Below, piece after piece: positions 58,609 to 64,000 of a stretch of DNA of 64,000 nt. The stretch is from the human T2T-CHM13v2.0 reference genome, Homo sapiens. The stretch lies in NCBI RefSeq assembly GCF_009914755.1, contig NC_060932.1. One strand, 5' to 3'. Positions within the stretch are counted from its first letter, which is position 1; every line of letters starts with the position of its first letter. Both the position numbers and the translations under genes were made by a program. The notes beneath the pieces were generated by a model that had not been told where the DNA came from, searched no databases, and saw nothing but the letters and a program-made list of their open reading frames with translations.

Positions 58609-59515
58609 GGGGGGAGGAGCCAAGATGGCCGAATAGGAACAGCTCCGCTCTACAGCTCCCAGCGTGAGCGATGCAGAAGACGGGGGATTTCTGCATTTCC
58701 ATCTGAGGTACCGGGTTCATCTCACTAGGGAGTGCCAGACAGTGGGCGCAGGCCAGTGGGTGCGCGCACCGTGCGCGAGCCGAAGCAGGGCGAGGCATTG
58801 TCTCACCTGGGAAGCGCAAGGGGTCAGGGAGTTCCCTTTCCGAGTCAAAGAAAGGGGTGACAGACGCACCTGCAAAATCGGGTCACTCCCACCCGAATAT
58901 TGCGCTTTTCAGACCGGCTTAAAAAACGGCGCACCACGAGACTATATCCCACACTTGGCTCGGAGGGTCCTACGCCCACGGAGTCTCGCTGATTGCTGGC
59001 ACAGCAGTCTGAGATCAAACTGCAAGGCGGCAGCGAGGCTGGGGGAGGGGCGCCCGCCATTGCCCAGGCTTCCTTAGGTAAACAAAGCAGCCGGGAAGCT
59101 CGAACTGGGTGGAGCCCACCACAGCTCAAGGAGGCCTGCCTGCCTCTGTAGGCTCCACCTCTGGGGGCAGGGCACAGACAAACGAAAAGACAGCAGTAAT
59201 CTCTGCAGACTTAAATGTCCCTGTCTGACAGCTTTGAAGAGAGCAGTGGTTCTCCCAGCACGCAGCTGGAGATCTGAGAACGGGCAGACTGCCTCCTCAA
59301 GTGGGTCCCTGACCCCTGACCCCCGAGCAGCCTAACTGGGAGGCACCCCCCAGCAGGGGCACACTGACACCTCACACGGCAGGGTATTCCAACAGACCTG
59401 CAGCTGAGGGTGCTGTCTGTTAGAAGGAAAACTAACAAACAGAAAGGACATCCACACCGAAAACCCATCTGTACATCACCATCATCAAAGACCAAAAGTA
59501 GATAAAACCACAAAG
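58609..59515 (+). promoter_or_regulatory. L1 5'UTR internal sense promoter (YY1 site AAGATGGCC at 58622) and antisense promoter
   Basis: canonical young-L1 5'UTR sequence with CpGs largely retained. Confidence 0.9.
58845..59060 (-). CDS. L1 ORF0 (71 aa, antisense)
   Basis: MAGAPPPASLPPCSLISDCCASNQRDSVGVGPSEP...RCVCHPFL*, open 216-bp frame. Confidence 0.8.
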   Translation of the reverse strand: MAGAPPPASLPPCSLISDCCASNQRDSVGVGPSEPSVGYSLVVRRFLSRSEKRNIRVGVTRFCRCVCHPFL

Positions 59516-60532
59516 ATGGGGAAAAAACAGAACAGAAAAACTGGAAACTCTAAAACGCAGAGCGCCTCTCCTCCTCCAAAGGAATGCAGTTCCTCACCAG
59601 CAACGGAACAAAGCTGGATGGAGAATGACTTTGACAAGCTGAGAGAAGAAGGCTTCAGACGATCAAATTACTCTGAGCTACGGGAGGACATTCAAACCAA
59701 AGGCAAAGAAGTTGAAAACTTTGAAAAAAATTTAGAAGTATGTATAACTAGAATAACCAATACAGAGAAGTGCTTAAAGGAGCTGATGGAGCTGAAAACC
59801 AAGGCTCGAGAACTACGTGAAGAATGCAGAAGCCTCAGGAGCCGATGCGATCAACTGGAAGAAAGGGTATCAGCGATGGAAGATGAAATGAATGAAATGA
59901 AGCGAGAAGGGAAGTTTAGAGAAAAAAGAATAAAAAGAAATGAGCAAAGCCTCCAAGAAATATGGGACTATGTGAAAAGACCAAATCTACGTCTGATTGG
60001 TGTACCTGAAAGTGATGCAGAGAATGGAACCAAGTTGGAAAACACTCTGCAGGATATTATCCAGGAGAACTTCCCCAATCTAGCAAGGCAGGCCAACGTT
60101 CAGATTCAGGAAATACAGAGAACGCCACAAAGATACTCCTCGAGAAGAGCAACTCCAAGACACATAATTGTCAGATTCACCAAAGTTGAAATGAAGGAAA
60201 AAATGTTAAGGGCAGCCAGAGAGAAAGGTCGGGTTACCCTCAAAGGGAAGCCCATCAGACTAACAGCGGATCTCTCGGCAGAAACCCTACAAACCAGAAG
60301 AGAGTGGGGGCCAATATTCAACATTCTTAAGGAAAAGAATTTTCAACCCAGAATTTCATATCCAGCCAAACTAAGCTTCATAAGTGAAGGAGAAATAAAA
60401 TACTTTACAGACAAGCAAATGCTGAGAGATTTTGTCACCACCAGGCCTGCCCTAAAAGAGCTCCTGAAGGAAGCGCTAAACATGGAAAGGAACAACCGGT
60501 ACCAGCCGCTGCAAAATCATGCCAAAATGTAA
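59516..60532 (+). CDS. L1 ORF1p (338 aa; coiled coil, RRM, CTD), intact
   Basis: MGKKQNRKTGNSK...; REKG, RR261-262 and YPAKLS motifs present. Confidence 0.97.
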   Translation: MGKKQNRKTGNSKTQSASPPPKECSSSPATEQSWMENDFDKLREEGFRRSNYSELREDIQTKGKEVENFEKNLEVCITRITNTEKCLKELMELKTKARELREECRSLRSRCDQLEERVSAMEDEMNEMKREGKFREKRIKRNEQSLQEIWDYVKRPNLRLIGVPESDAENGTKLENTLQDIIQENFPNLARQANVQIQEIQRTPQRYSSRRATPRHIIVRFTKVEMKEKMLRAAREKGRVTLKGKPIRLTADLSAETLQTRREWGPIFNILKEKNFQPRISYPAKLSFISEGEIKYFTDKQMLRDFVTTRPALKELLKEALNMERNNRYQPLQNHAKM

Positions 60533-60568
60533 AGACCATCGAGACTAGGAAGAAACTGCATCAACTAA

Positions 60569-64000
<3,432 letters not shown>

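Overview
Hominid (human or great-ape) genomic DNA that looks intergenic or intronic. I found no recognisable host protein-coding exon, rRNA, tRNA or CRISPR array. The only credible coding sequence belongs to a young LINE-1 (L1PA2/L1HS/L1Pt-like, + strand) that starts at ~58609 with its 5' end intact and runs off the right edge. Its ORF1 and antisense ORF0 are intact. Its ORF2 has three lesions: D145E in the endonuclease, a TA>AT swap creating a stop at codon 375, and a 29-bp deletion in the C-terminal Cys motif. The rest is ~18 Alus, three MaLR LTRs, hAT MITEs, old L1M/L2/MIR/CR1 fragments and simple repeats. The most notable non-routine features are: a ~146-bp tandem repeat carrying REST/RE1 sites (5.7-6.7 kb); an Alu>THE1>inverted templated copy nest (10.3-12.1 kb); two MaLR LTRs inserted at nearly the same Alu position; a strong CTCF motif; an RFX/ETS/YY1 cluster; an AT-rich homeodomain/POU-rich block; two repeats that array TF motifs; and a template-switch scar. 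I found no evidence of a new protein-coding system. Repeat subfamily names and consensus comparisons are from memory and need RepeatMasker/Dfam confirmation.
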